This document shows positions 1 through 12,905 of a DNA stretch of 64,000 nucleotides, one piece after another. Numbering within the stretch: position 1 is the first letter of the stretch; each line of letters begins with the position of its first letter. The DNA comes from Botryllus schlosseri (lineage: Eukaryota), in contig CM119371.1 in NCBI GenBank assembly GCA_051294905.1, positions 35,280,001 to 35,344,000 on the forward strand. Direction: 5' to 3'. Both the position numbers and the translations under genes were made by a program. The notes beneath the pieces were generated by a model. The model did no database searches, was not told where the DNA came from, and saw only the letters and a list, made by a program, of their open reading frames with translations.

Positions 1-1412
1 TGTGATGAAATATTTCATATGGGCGACAATACGGTGTGAACGGAGCCACGCATTCCGCTACCGATTTCATAGCCTATTCACCAATACTGTTGTGAAGACA
101 TATTTGCCACTCCATATGGCCTATGTACTTTGCGCGAAGCGCGACAAAAATTCTGAGCTATACTTGAAATTTTATGAGAATTAAATGTTGGAGGATTACA
201 CTACTTCTACTTGGCAAACTGAAAATAGTGAAAAGTAAGTAAGTAGATCACAAAGTATTACCAAGTAGAAGTAGCAGAATTTAGATCTACTTGAGTTAGT
301 ACCAGAAGTAGAGAGAAGTAGAGTATACTTCGTTACTGAACACCTCTGGCAACAACATCCCTTGTAATAGAAGGCAGTGTATCTTTATCTTTCCGAGTCA
401 TCAAGTCTCTGTAATATTATATTTCTGAAGCTCAGCGTGTTACAGGACATGACAAATGAAATGTAGGCCTACCACTAGACCAGCCGACATCTGTATTGGT
501 CATACTTATATGCTAGGGCTGTACAAGGGCGAAGGGCCTTTGCTTTAGTCTGCGAGATGGGTCTTCGGGGGGAAGGGGCTTGATCTAGTGAATTGAATGC
601 ATATGAGGACTGAGTGCATGAGTGCATTATGTTTTGTAAGTCCCTCTCGAGGAACAGGTTTATGCAAATTGTGAACTTTTTATTGACATGAAGAGTAAAA
701 ACAGGTGTAGACTCGGTAAATATACTTTTGTTTTCATTTATTACATGAAGAGCTTCTTGGAGGTACAGAACTTCAATATACATTTGAATAGTATATTCTT
801 ATTGAAATTGAGGTAAAAAATAGTACATTGAACGCTCTCTCTTCCATGCTGGTGACGTCATATTTTGTGATATGATTGTTGATATACAATGTTCTTTCCA
901 ATTCTCTACTAGTTGCTGACGATAACCCCTGGCGAGTGTCAGCCGAAAATATTCGGGTTCATTTCAATATGAATATACTATTCAAATTTATTACATGGTT
1001 AAAATGCTAGAAAATAATTGGGGTAAAATGTCAGATGGTGAATGATGCTGCTACCAAGTATTTGTGCAACGGCGTCTCTTAGGCAAGGATAACACAGGAC
1101 ACCTCAGCAGAGGTTGACATTATCCCACTTACCCCATGGAATCTTGGTTAATTTTTTGAAATAAATCCTGCGTGATGAGTGCTGTTCTGCATAGAATAAT
1201 TTAGTAATTAGACAGAAAGTTCTGTTTGACGTTGCCACCAATTCCACTCTGGTCCCACTTCAATACATACACCACAGCCGCAGCATCAGAAATCCTGGTA
1301 GTACGTCATCGACATGGTTCATTGATTTTACTACAGTTTTGGTCTGTGGTTGCGTTTTGTGACTTTTGCTGCTCGAAATCTGAAAAAAATACTAAATTTT
1401 AGAAGGTATGTG

Positions 1413-2620
1413 CAGGCGCGTAGCCAGCCGAAAAATAAGGGGGGGGGGTTTGAAATAAAAGGGGGGGGTTCCGATTTTTTCCGAATTTAGTAACGTAGCA
1501 TTGACTCATTAGGGTTAAGTACATGCGATGCGTAAATAACGATTATACAACATCCCCGTGTTGGCGATTATAGGCGTACGATAAGCTTTTCGACGAGTCC
1601 GGAAGTGCTGTTAATTAGCGACTCCCTGATCTGTCGTGAACAATGAAATACGCACGCGTCGAACATTTGAATACGCGCGCTTATCAACGCGCTGAACAAT
1701 TAAATTCGCGCGCTTGTCAAAGCGTCCAACAATTAAATACGCCCGCTCATCAATGCGTCTTGCGTCTTACGTAGCCTCGGTGACGATTTAGGCAAGTAAA
1801 AATGTACGAGTTTTTATGGAATATGTGCTACAATGACGCCGATTTCAGGTGGTTCAAACCTTTACCTCTTATAACTCAAGCCTACTGGACTATAGCTGAA
1901 GACTAGTGGAAATCAATTACGCATGTACGCACGCGTCGAACATGATTGCGGACATTCGATGTCATTCAGTTACGAGATGTAACTCTTTAATCACAATCGC
2001 TAATCAGCATATACTTAATAGCATTTTATCCAAGCCATCGAGAAATAGGAGCCGAAGCATGGTAGGCCCAAGACGCGGTAGTTAGGCTAGCGATATCTTT
2101 AGTACGAGGCCTATTCCAGATGCGATTGTGTAGGCCTACGAAGATATCGTGCACACCAAGCCAATGCAGATGTGATTGTGAAGGCCAGTGACGATATCGT
2201 GCGCCGCGGGCCTATTGCAGATGTGATTATTCAAGCCAGCGGAATTAGGCTTGTTGGAGACGCGTTAAATCAGGCTAGTAATGATTGCCGAACGCGCGAC
2301 AATGAATGACCTGATTTCGCCAATCATCTCAGCGGGAGATCGTGTCGTGTTACACTGTGCAGTGCAATGCGCACAGACGAATCTCGCTAATTAGCAACAC
2401 GTCTTTCGTTAATTGGCCGCGCCTTTCGTTAATTCGCCGCGCACAATACTGATAATATGACTTATTGAATTGCAAACGAGTATTAGCGTCAGAGCGGTCA
2501 TTTAAAAAGAGCAAGGTTTCGCGTTAAAGGAGGGGGTTTCGCGTTTCTAAAGGAGGGGGTTTCGCGTTTCTAAAGGAGGGGGTTTCGACCCCCGAAACCC
2601 CCCCCCTGGCTACGCGCCTG
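1413..2620. mobile_element. Non-autonomous hAT-type DNA transposon (family F1)
   Basis: Perfect 15-bp TIR caggcgcgtagccag / ctggctacgcgcctg; perfect 8-bp TSD ggtatgtg (1405-1412, 2621-2628); no transposase ORF; internal ~50-bp degenerate repeats at ~2090-2240. Confidence 0.92.
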
Positions 2621-3264
2621 GGTATGTGGTATATTTTTAGAATCGGCATGTAAAACTCTACAGAATGAGGCAAAGTTGTTTTGGTCGATATAGTTGGCCT
2701 TTTACTGTAAGCGAGGTCAAGGCCCAGGCCCGCATACTCAACTCGTACAATTTGTGATGATACACCCGTCATTGTAGATTGCTGGTAATTATAGGTCCGA
2801 CCTGTAGTCGCAGTGCTACTGTTGTGTTGGTACGTCGTGTGCAGCGGTGTATACGTAGTAGCATTGTTCAAAAACAACTTTTCTCCGGATTCCGGGGATT
2901 CACCGATTAAATTGATGAGTTACTTAAAAAACCCTGCGTACCAAATTTTACTCAATTCCAACCAGTAGCAGGCGCCGCAGAGTCAAAATTTTGAGTTAAT
3001 TATTTTTTAAAATTTTTTTACTGTCAACCCCATGAAATTGTTGAGTGGTCTTAATCGATGCGAAACAAATTTGACGCCAACCCATAGAAGCGAAGTTATT
3101 TGAGTTTTTCATTAACAATTAGCCTAGATTACCCGCCGTAACTGCTATTTTTACATCTCCACATGTTTCAACTGGAATAACTTCTCTTCTACTGGTGGAA
3201 AGTGAGCTGAAATTATTATGCATCGTTTATTTCGGCAACTGAAATATTTTGTAGGGCTGAAGGT

Positions 3265-4002
3265 AAATCTTTCACCATCAGAAGGGGGGCATGTCTTGAA
3301 AAGTTTGATAACCACTGTTCTAAGGTAAATACTTCCTATACTATTTTTTATGTTCAATTTCTGGCGCGACAGCCAGATCCCAAGGCCCTCGCAGTTTGAA
3401 AGGTTTCAATTGCTAAACATCACTGAAATCCTAAACGAGATTGACTTAATTTGGATGACGAGCGTGATTTCAGATTGGCCACTTCAGTTTCAATTATTCC
3501 AGTGAATGCTTATAAAAAACGATTCGCGCGTGTAGGCCTATGCATAAAATCAGGGTATTTATATTTTATCCACACATAGTAGAAGCGTGTTTGAAGCTAG
3601 CATGATTATGATGCTGTCAGCATTGTGTGTCCTGGAACTGAACCAAAAGTGGAATTAGAAAATCTACGAACAGATCGCTTCTCACAGATTTAAATTTCAA
3701 TCCCGTTCTAAGAATCGGGAGTCGGGACAACCAACTTTCATCTCTATATAGTTATGACGAATTGGTTATTAAGGTCGACCAGCCTATGAAATCTCGCCAA
3801 CTGTTTATGACTAGTGTCCGATATCATCAAAACAATGTTTGATTTGTTTTAAATAAGCATATATATTATCTCAATGTCCTCACTAAACAATCATATACCA
3901 ATATTGCATTTTGTTTTATAATCATAATTTTACACAGTGCGGACCGCGATTGGATTCAGATGTTGAATGCGGCCCGTGAGCTCAAAAGTTTGCCCACTGC
4001 TG
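3265..4002 (+). mobile_element. Right half of a composite Charlie/Buster-like hAT MITE (same composite as 30116-31099)
   Basis: Homologous to 30558-31099, including the inner MITE end gtttgataaccactg followed by ttctaagg; ends aagtttgcccactgctg followed by gtctagat. Confidence 0.75.
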
Positions 4003-4484
4003 GTCTAGATCCTTAATCTATCGACGTTTCAACACAATCAGTTCCTATGTTATCTGCACTTCAATTCTAATTTCAAATCCGTTGTGATGTCTATTTAGTT
4101 GTGTTTTTGATTTTAAACTTGGCAAAAAGGGTTCCACGAAGGCTTGCAGATTTGCGTTGGCGTTCCCTTGGTGACGGAAGGCTACCTAAGTACCGGTACC
4201 TAAGAACTAATGCTTTAGGGGCAATAGGGTTGATATTAGCGTGTTTTTGGTCGGGTTGAAGCTGATGGTCTTAAGGGTTGCTGTTAGCGTATTTTGAGTA
4301 GGGGATATAATCATTAGGGTTGAGGGTGAATGTCCTAACGGTTGTGGTTACGGTCGTTTGGGTTTGAGGTTGGGGTCTTTAGGGCTGAGGGGGTCAAACC
4401 CCCTCTTTTGAAGCGCGTGACCAAGTCGGTTGAAATGACCATTCTGATGCTAATGTTCAGTTGCAATTCAATGCTAGTCATATC

Positions 4485-4904
4485 CAGGGTGGGCAAAATC
4501 ATGTACCTGAGTGATTCGATTCTGAATCAGGTATTAGGCTTAAAGTCGATTTGAGTAAGGTATTCTAGTATCTCTTATTATGATGTCATAACAGTGTGAA
4601 AGATTTGGAAATTTCAGATATGTGTACCTTTTATGCTACTATACCTCAAAAAATAGAATGCCTACAAAGGTATTTTGTAGCTCTGTAATTCATGTTTTTT
4701 ATGTCACGATATGTTCATAGATTCAAGGCAACCACAGTGGAAATACTGTCAAAACTATAATTTTTGTTGATAAATTAACTCTTAGTGGCGTGAAACGTAT
4801 AATTTTGGTACTAGAAAAAAAATCATTTTTCACTACTCGACTCGAAATATTAGAATTAATACTCGATTCAGATTCGAGAACTCAATTCATTGTGCCCAGC
4901 CCTA
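4485..4904. mobile_element. hAT-type MITE (tagggctgggca-type ends)
   Basis: Ends cagggtgggca … tgcccagcccta; TSD gtcatatc / gtcatatt (7/8); gattc/actcga subterminal motifs; second copy at 8529-10717. Confidence 0.8.
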
Positions 4905-5274
4905 GTCATATTATTATCAGTGTTGCGCTAGGTCAATTAGCGAGATTTTCTGTGCACCATGTAACGTGGCGCGATCTCCTGCTGAGATGATTGTTGAATT
5001 AGGTTATTGATTGCTGTGCACTCAGCAATTGTCGCTGGCCTGATTTCGCGATCGACGCGCGATTGCGTCTCGAACAAGCCTATTTCCGCTGGCTTGAAGA
5101 ATCGCATCTGCAATAGGCCCGGTGCGCACTATATCATCGCTGGCCTACACAATCGCATCTGCAATAGCCCTGATACGAAACATCATCGCTGGCCTAACTA
5201 CCGCGTCTCTGGCCTACTATGCTCTGGCTCCTAGCTCCAGATGGCTTAAATGGCTTGGAGACAATGCCGTTAAG

Positions 5275-6269
5275 CATAGGCGCCGACTTTTATTATTTTA
5301 CGAGCTTGCGGAGTCTTTTGACATCATAATTGTTCCATATCGATGACGTTATCGTTGCACTAAGACGCATTTTACTACATGGCGCTGGTGCAGCGTTAAA
5401 CGATTCATGTGACGTTCTAATACCAGCCTGTAATCATTAATATCAACCATGCAGTCGAGTTATTAAATGGCTTCTTAAAACGGTACGATCATTCGAAAGT
5501 GCAACTGCGCTACCAGTCCGTCCATCGGAATCCTCCAGCCCTAATATATCCCACTCCCTAATATCCCCCCCCCAACCCTGATATCTCCCACTCACAACCC
5601 TAATATCACTCCCACAGCCCTAATATATCCCACTCACAACCCTAATATCCCTCACCCACAACCCTAATATCTCCCACCCACAACCCTAATATCTCCCACC
5701 CACAACCCTAATATCCCTCTCCACGATCGTAATATCTCCCACTCACAACCCTAATATCTCTCCCCACAACCCTAATATCTCCCACTCACAACCCTACTAT
5801 CTGCCACCCACAACCCTAATATTGGGGTACCCTAACCAAAACCCAATGCGTTTGCTCAGGCCAACGAAACCAGGCTTGTTCGAGACGCGATAAATCAGGC
5901 TAGCAACGATTGCCACGGGGTCGGAAATGAATGAATGACCTAATTTCGCAACCATATCAGCAGGATATCATCACAGACTCTTCTCGTTAATTGACAACAT
6001 GCTTCTCGCAAATTGCCCGCGCGGAAAACTGATGACACAATTATTGAATTGCAACTGAATATTAGCGTTACAATGGTCATTTCAAAATGATGGGGTTTTG
6101 TGTTTCGACCCTCGAAACCCCGTGTCTTACGCGCCTATCGAAATCGAAGACGTCTCTTATGAGGACACATCGATTCGCCTGATTACTAATTACTGGTCAC
6201 AAATCAATTGGGCATTTGAGCATGTTGTACAAGGTGGCCGCTTTGTAGCCCCGTAAGTCGGCGCCTATG
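5275..6269. mobile_element. Non-autonomous hAT-like element (family A), internally deleted
   Basis: Perfect 15-bp TIR cataggcgccgactt / aagtcggcgcctatg; TSD degenerate (ccgttaag / gcgtaag); both ends homologous to the inverted copy at 36843-39259. Confidence 0.8.
5539..5822. repeat. ~22-bp minisatellite (caaccctaatatctcccactca), about 13 copies
   Basis: Directly visible tandem units with an accctaatat core. Confidence 0.9.
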
Positions 6270-7328
6270 GCGTAAGCAGGGGCGTAGCCAGCCGAAGAAA
6301 AAAAAAACAGGGATATTTATTAAAACGGGGGATATTTCTCTAGAAGATGATGTTCTTTATGCTAACCGCGAAATTGCGTTAAAAATACACGCAAATGCCG
6401 ATACAAAAAGGGTAAGATAATCTCGTTTGTGTTATTGTCTTTATACACATGAACATTTGCCAGTTATCTTATAAATTAGCTCTATTATGTACTGTCGCAT
6501 GCTACAGTAACAAACGCAAGGCGCTTTTGGCTTGCGCGCCACTATTTGCCGACAGCGAGTTTCATGCGCGCGGATCTTGATACAAAGCGCGCTCAAATCA
6601 TGACTCAACGCAGCAGGTGATCGATGATCACCTCGCAAATCACAATGTATCAGATCAGATGGAAGTAGCAAACAAATCTCGATGACAGCGAGGTATCTTG
6701 ACCTTAATTACCAAAGCGAGGATGTTATCAGGAAAGTGCGCAGATCATATTACAGCACAGAGGAAGATCTCTCCATTTTGCGCTCAAACACGAACATTCG
6801 AACAGTGAAGATACGCAAATGAATTATAGTCTGTTGCCGTTTGATACAAACAATCTGAATTAATTGTGTTTCAAATCAATATGATTTCTACTGTCTGCCA
6901 AGATGGTGTACCGTAGTATTTTTGGTGTGTGGAGATGGTAAAGACCAATTACCTCTCGAGCTTCTGTGATTGCATCACATGAATAACAGTGGCCTGGCAC
7001 AGGCTTAGGCTCGCGATCAAAATGTATTCCTTAACGCGTTTGCGGTGCAGAAGTGACAATTGCATATTGTCGAGGCCAAGACTATAACAACTGGTCATTA
7101 CAATAGTACATCGAACATTGATGTAGCACTATCACGCGCCGCGGGTCACGGAGCGGCCTAATTTTCCTAGCCTGCAATGTTTTTACTAGTGGCCAAGCGC
7201 GTTAAAACAGGACAATCAGCAGATGCGCCAGAGGCCTGAGACACTAAACGACTGGAGATCTGGAAACCCACACACAACAACCGAACTAACTGATCGCAAA
7301 TCGGATCAATACATGATAGATTCCATAC

Positions 7329-8394
7329 GACTCATTCCATTATAATTTAGCAAATTTTTTGACATTTGTAATGCATGCCGTCAGAATTGTCCAATATTTA
7401 CAAATGTTCATTTATGAATTCTAAGTGGATTACAAAAAACAAAATTGAAAAATTTCCAACGGTTCAAAAGATAATTCGATTCTAAATTCTCTTGTCACTA
7501 GGTGGCGCTGCATGCAAAAATCTTTAAAATCAATATTTTTTGCTTAAATTGATGGTGGAGAACCAATTAAAATGTCTAATTATACAATGCTGGGGCCAAG
7601 GAATTGGAAAAAATCAACGTTTTTGCTCTCAACTCAATGAAAAAAAAAGTTACGGACGAAATAAAATTGAGGGGGCCCGGACTTGAAAATCCATGTGGTG
7701 TTCAGTTTCTACAAAAAAAAATTGTTGCAAGATGTTCTTTGAAGCAGTATGGTTAATATAGAATTGGATTTTCGAAGTGCAATCTATTCCTTCATAAAAT
7801 CTCCAAAAAAATTTATTTTTGCAATTGTTGATTGCTAAAAATAGTATTCACGGTGAGCAGCAGAGACCAGCTGTTCACCGTAAATACTATTTTCAGCCAT
7901 AAATCATATAAAAGACCATATTTTTTGAGATTTCATGAAGGAATAGACTGCACTTCGAAAATCCAATTTTATATTAACCATACTGCTTCAAAGTACATTT
8001 TGCAACAATTTTTTTTTGTAGAAACTGGACACCACATGGATTTTCAAGTCCGGGCACCCCCAATTTTATTTCGTCCGTAACTTTTTTTTCATTGAGTTGA
8101 GGGCAAGAACGTTGATTTTTTCCAATTCCTTGGTCCCAGCATTGTATAATTAGACATTTTAATTGGTTCTTGTTCATCAATTTAAGCAAAAAATATCGAT
8201 TTTAAAGATTTTTGCATGCAGCGCCACCTAGTGACAAGAGTGTTTTGAATCGCATTATCTTTTAAGCCGTTAAAAATTTTTCAATTTTGTTTTTTGTAAT
8301 CCACTTCGAATTCATAAAAGAACAACATTTGTAAATATTGTACAATTCTGAGGGTATGCATTACAGCCCTTGCTAAATTATAATGGAATTAGCC
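7329..8394. mobile_element. Foldback / long-TIR element (~500-bp inverted arms)
   Basis: 7331-7860 is the reverse complement of ~7870-8392 (e.g. ctcttgtcactaggtggcgctgcatgcaaaaatcttt vs aaagatttttgcatgcagcgccacctagtgacaagag); possible 4-bp TSD atac. Confidence 0.9.
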
Positions 8395-8528
8395 ATACAG
8401 GACATTTGATTAGTATACGATCTGCTTTGGTAGTGTAGGGATCTGCTATCTCCATGATACAAGCCTAGCGCGCATGTTCTAAACGTTTGTTGACAATAGA
8501 CTGCGAAACACGAAAACCAACTCGCGCG

Positions 8529-10717
8529 AAGGGCTGGTCAAAATCGAGTACCCGGGTGATTCGATTCTGAATCACGTATTCTGCTTCGAGTCGAGTAATC
8601 CAGTATCGCTCATTATGACGTTAATACCGAATGTTTTATGTCAAAGCATAGCAATTTACAGCGTAGCTACGCTGTAAATTGCTATGGTCAAAGTACAAAT
8701 AAATACCTTTTACGCCACCACAAAGAGTATAATGCCTGTTATCCATCACATTAAAGATACTTTGGTATTTTTTAGACCAGACCGATTTTATTGCACTTAT
8801 TGACAATGTTGTGGAATGATCATGACTTCAGAAATGTGATATTCTCAGTAACGTTCGTAGTTCGTAGCTTTGTACTATTATAGGTATTGTATGCTACGGT
8901 ACGGCCAGTCAAGGTTTCAACAGTGAAAATTAGTATCGAACAGGGGCGTAGCCAGCCGAGAATAAAGGGGGGTGTTTCGTCAACAAAGGATGTTCTGAAT
9001 TATACCCGATTTATCGGGCTAATTGTATGCATAAATGCTTCTACTACAAGAATCAGATGATCTTGCTCGTGTTAACAACTCTATACGCATATACATAGCC
9101 TTGTTACATTAAAATATAACGCCAATGCCGTACGCTACGATGGATAGCAGCCCGAGTACGTCTCTTCGTAGGCGCGCCTATGATTACTGAGAGCGAGTTA
9201 CGACATCTACAACACACGCGCACAGATCATATTTCAATCAACGTAGCAGCGCGAGATCTTATAATTTCGCTTTCAGATAAGTAGCGGCCTCGACTTGATA
9301 TGGTACCATAACCAGATTCTCGAATGTTAATATATGCAGTCGGAATGTGATATATATATCGTGATAACTTGTGCCATGATTCAGAACGCCCGCCCGACGT
9401 TCCGATCTTTTTTAATTCGGCCCGTAACTCATCCACATAACCCAGTTTTATTACCGTATTACGATATAGCACCACAACTGGTAAGCTGAGATAACAGCAG
9501 AAACAGACATAACGTGCCCTTGATTACCAAAAGTGAGCAGTGTGATCAAGTTACAATACAGTCAGAGATATTGCCATTTCGCGCTCACATAACAACGTCA
9601 CCTCGAATCGGGTATCATAACTCACAAATGATAATGTCGAGTGCGGAATCTCTTATTTATTGATGTAATTGGCGGTGAATTAGCTCGGTTGTTGGAGTAA
9701 CGACTGGCCGTCTTGCTGATCGTTACTCGGCCTCTAACACATCTCCTGCTTGTCACGGTTTAATATTCGCGCTAATACACCTTCGCCTTTGCTATGAATT
9801 GTTCCCAGTTCGTTTCTGGGGATCTGGATTAATTCAAATTATACACCATGAGTTTCGATTCAACTTGATATCGTTTGCTTAATTGATGTAGCATTTTTGC
9901 TATGTAGTGCGATGCAATCGTTAATGTCAGTAGCCCGTCTCAGGCTTAGGCTCGTAATCGTAAAAAGCATTCGATTACGATGCAAAAGTGACAAATGCGG
10001 ATTATCCAGGACTATTTCGTCTCGTTATTACCACATTACATCGAATATTTATAGAACTGTAACACATAGCTAATCGCTGAGCGACCTAATTTTTCGCGCC
10101 TCCCATGCGTCCTATGATTGTTTTTATTTTCGGCTAAATGTGTGAAAGCAGGACAAGAGATAACATAGGACTAAAAGGCGGGCAGTCGTTACTCACACAA
10201 CCGAGTTGTATCAAATTCATTCATGTATCAAACAGATTCCGCATTGTGCATTTGATTAAAACAAGGCAAGATATCAAGCCGAGTCGCCAATTTATTTGTA
10301 ACGCGAAATAGCGTGAAGTTCCACTGTGTTGTAACATGATACCTAAAGCACTCTTGTTATCACAGACGAGAGAAGAATCGGAGAAAAAGGGGTATATTGG
10401 CATTGATCGTTCAGTGAAAACACTCTCGGTGCAACAATTACGAATGCGCGATTATGCCAATAAATATTACCTCTAGATTTGGGATTCAAAAAGGGAGGGT
10501 ATTCTAGTTTAGAAAGGGGGGTGTTTGGACACCCGAAACACCCCCCCTGGCTACGCCCCTGGTATCGAACTATAATTCTCGTTGATAAATTAACTTTCAG
10601 TGGCGAGGAGACTATAATTTCAGTACTCGAAAAATTCGTATTTTGCTACTCGACTCGAATCATTAAAATTAATACTCGATTCAGATTCGAGTACTCGAAT
10701 CATTATGCCTAGCCCTA
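8529..10717. mobile_element. hAT-type MITE (same family as 4485-4904) split by element 8941-10561
   Basis: Ends aagggctggtca … tgcctagcccta; TSD ctcgcgcg / ctcgggcg (7/8); both halves homologous to 4485-4904. Confidence 0.8.
8941..10561. mobile_element. Non-autonomous hAT-type element (family B)
   Basis: Perfect 15-bp TIR caggggcgtagccag / ctggctacgcccctg; perfect TSD gtatcgaa (8933-8940, 10562-10569); internal homology to ~6990-7170. Confidence 0.92.
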
Positions 10718-12158
10718 CTCGGGCGGTATCGAAATTTCAATGTGAGTGTTATTGTAACTGGATAATAGCGTTCTGATGAGATGGGAGAGCCATGTGAGAT
10801 GCGTTTTTCGGGCTTCCGTAGTCAAGAGAACAATATTAGAAAAAGGCATCACCGCACTGCATTGTTCGATCGTTCGAGTGCGCGATAGTGCCGCGCGGCA
10901 ATTGGGGATTATCGAATAGGACAAGAAATATTAGATCAATGGAAATATATATAAGAAGGGGGGGTATTTTGCGCTTGGAAACAGGGGGTATCGGACACCG
11001 ATTACCCCCCTGTCTACGCCCCTGGGCGTAAGTATATGCTCATTAGCAATTGTGATTAACGTAATTTTCCATGTATAATGCGCAAAATTTTACCGATTTT
11101 TCGCCCTAAAATAGGGGGTGCGTATTATACATGGTTACAGCAAGCCTTGAAAAAAATCCCTCGATCGATGTTTGTTTAAATCACGCATCACCTCTAGCCA
11201 TTGGGCCCCGTAATTCGTATTATAGAGTGTACGGCGCTGCCAAATAGAGAAGCGTGTTGCCAATTAACGAAAAGCGTGTTTCTAATAGAACAAGCCTCAT
11301 CGTGTTTTGTTTATGAATTTACGCGTAAATGTTCGCATAAGCTTGCCAGCGGTCAATTAGCAATTCTTCGATCTGCAAAGATAGTCCTTGCCTACACTGC
11401 AATGAAAATAGGTCAACTGTTTTGACAGAATTACATCGACTTTTGTTGCCTCTCTCAGGCGAACATTGCAATAGTGACATCCTCTTCGTGCATATCAGGT
11501 ATGCATATCGGCTTGTGCGGCAATGACATGTCGAGTCGCTTTCCAGAGGACCTTTCTCTCGTGGCAGGCTCCTTGTAGGCCTGGGCGTGTTGTTGGGCGT
11601 AACCAGTGTATTTTCAAAATGACCCAGGCGTTGTGGACGGAAATCTTGAGCAGAAACAAAAATAACTTACGATATCAGACTCGCAATTGGAGCTTTGATG
11701 TGCCTGTGGGTTTTGTTTCGCTACCACAGGAAAGATGCGAAACATTTTCACCAGATGTGCAGCCATTTACGGACATAAATTTGCTGTTATATCAATTGCG
11801 GGGATCTTGTAATCCGCTGAACAATGTCATGGTAGTATTGATGTATTAGTATGAAAAGCAGCAATAATCCATACGCGTAATCTGCGTAATAACAGCAAAT
11901 CTGCGCTAATCACCACAGAAACTCTATTGCTCAAACCCGCCATGTTATTTCCTAAAATATAATTACTCAATTATATAATTATTCAATTGGAATAACCTTC
12001 CCTGCGACTAATGTTCGATATATATTGCTCTTACTGCAATAACACCTGCATAATTAAAATCGCACCATTTCACGATCAAATTCGACTGGACGATCGGGGC
12101 CATCGTTGTCCATAGGCCCTGACTGATATTAACCAGCGTGTTGTCGGTATTAAAACCC

Positions 12159-12905
12159 TAGGTGCGTAGCCAGGAAGTTTCTCATTTAAAACTAGAAATC
12201 TCGTCCCTTTGAAATGCCAATTCACTAAATCGTATTATTGATGCTGGGTAATGCAAATTAGCAAGATTCATTTGTATGCGAAATCGGTCATTGCCATCTG
12301 ATTTGCGCTGTCCATCGCTAGTTTGATTTAGCGCGTCCGTATGCAGGCCTGCACGCTATAATCGCTGTTATGAACTATCACGTGCACCGGGCTAGACCTG
12401 ATATTGTTACCAGCCTACACTATTGAGTCTATTGCAGGACTGGTGCATGTGCTAACATCGCTGGCCCAAACTATAGCGTCTGCTACAGGCCTCGTATGAT
12501 TTGCCTTTTATATCCAATTATGCGATTGTTATATCACCTGAATCACCTGAAATCGGTACCATTACGGAACAGATTCCACAGCAGACTTGAATCATATGAA
12601 TTTGTGAAATTGTCCATCGTCACCGAGGTTGTGTATTCAATTGTTCGCACACGTGTCAGTGAATTGTTGATATTGAAGCGAGATCGAGGAATCGCTAATC
12701 AACCACTGCACTCGCTGGCCTGCTTACGCGTACTTATACTCGTAAATTCGTCAACACTATGAAGCTTCTCCTATTCATGCATTATGGGCATTAACGCATG
12801 TACTTAACCTTAATAAATTGCTGTTAACTTGGTAAATTTGAAACAATTTCAAACCCCTCTGTTTTTATTGAAACCCCCCCGTTTCTTCATCTGGTAACCC
12901 ATGTA
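12159..12905 (-). mobile_element. Degenerate F1-family copy
   Basis: Starts taggtgcgtagccag; the distal part (12780-12900) resembles the reverse complement of the F1 left end; no clear TSD. Confidence 0.5.

Larger units (their letters stand above)
6277..11024. mobile_element. Non-autonomous hAT-type element (family B) carrying nested insertions
   Basis: TIR caggggcgtagccag / ctgtctacgcccctg (14/15); perfect 8-bp TSD ggcgtaag (6269-6276, 11025-11032). Confidence 0.9.
4385..11059 (-). mobile_element. Fragmented inverted F1-family element that hosts the nested insertions
   Basis: 4420-4484, 4905-5274 and 11033-11059 join into the reverse complement of ~1985-2510 once the insertions are removed (…gccgttaag | tatatgctcattagcaattgtgatta matches the reverse complement of taatcacaatcgctaatcagcatatacttaa). 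Confidence 0.7.

Noticed and set aside
855..985. ~130-bp match to 54340-54465 as a boundary repeat flanking the whole cluster
   Set aside because: Direct, diverged and without TIR, LTR or TSD features; more simply a dispersed repeat fragment.
5539..5822. True telomere or interstitial (TTAGGG)n tract
   Set aside because: The unit is 22 bp with a single ccctaa, not a hexamer array.
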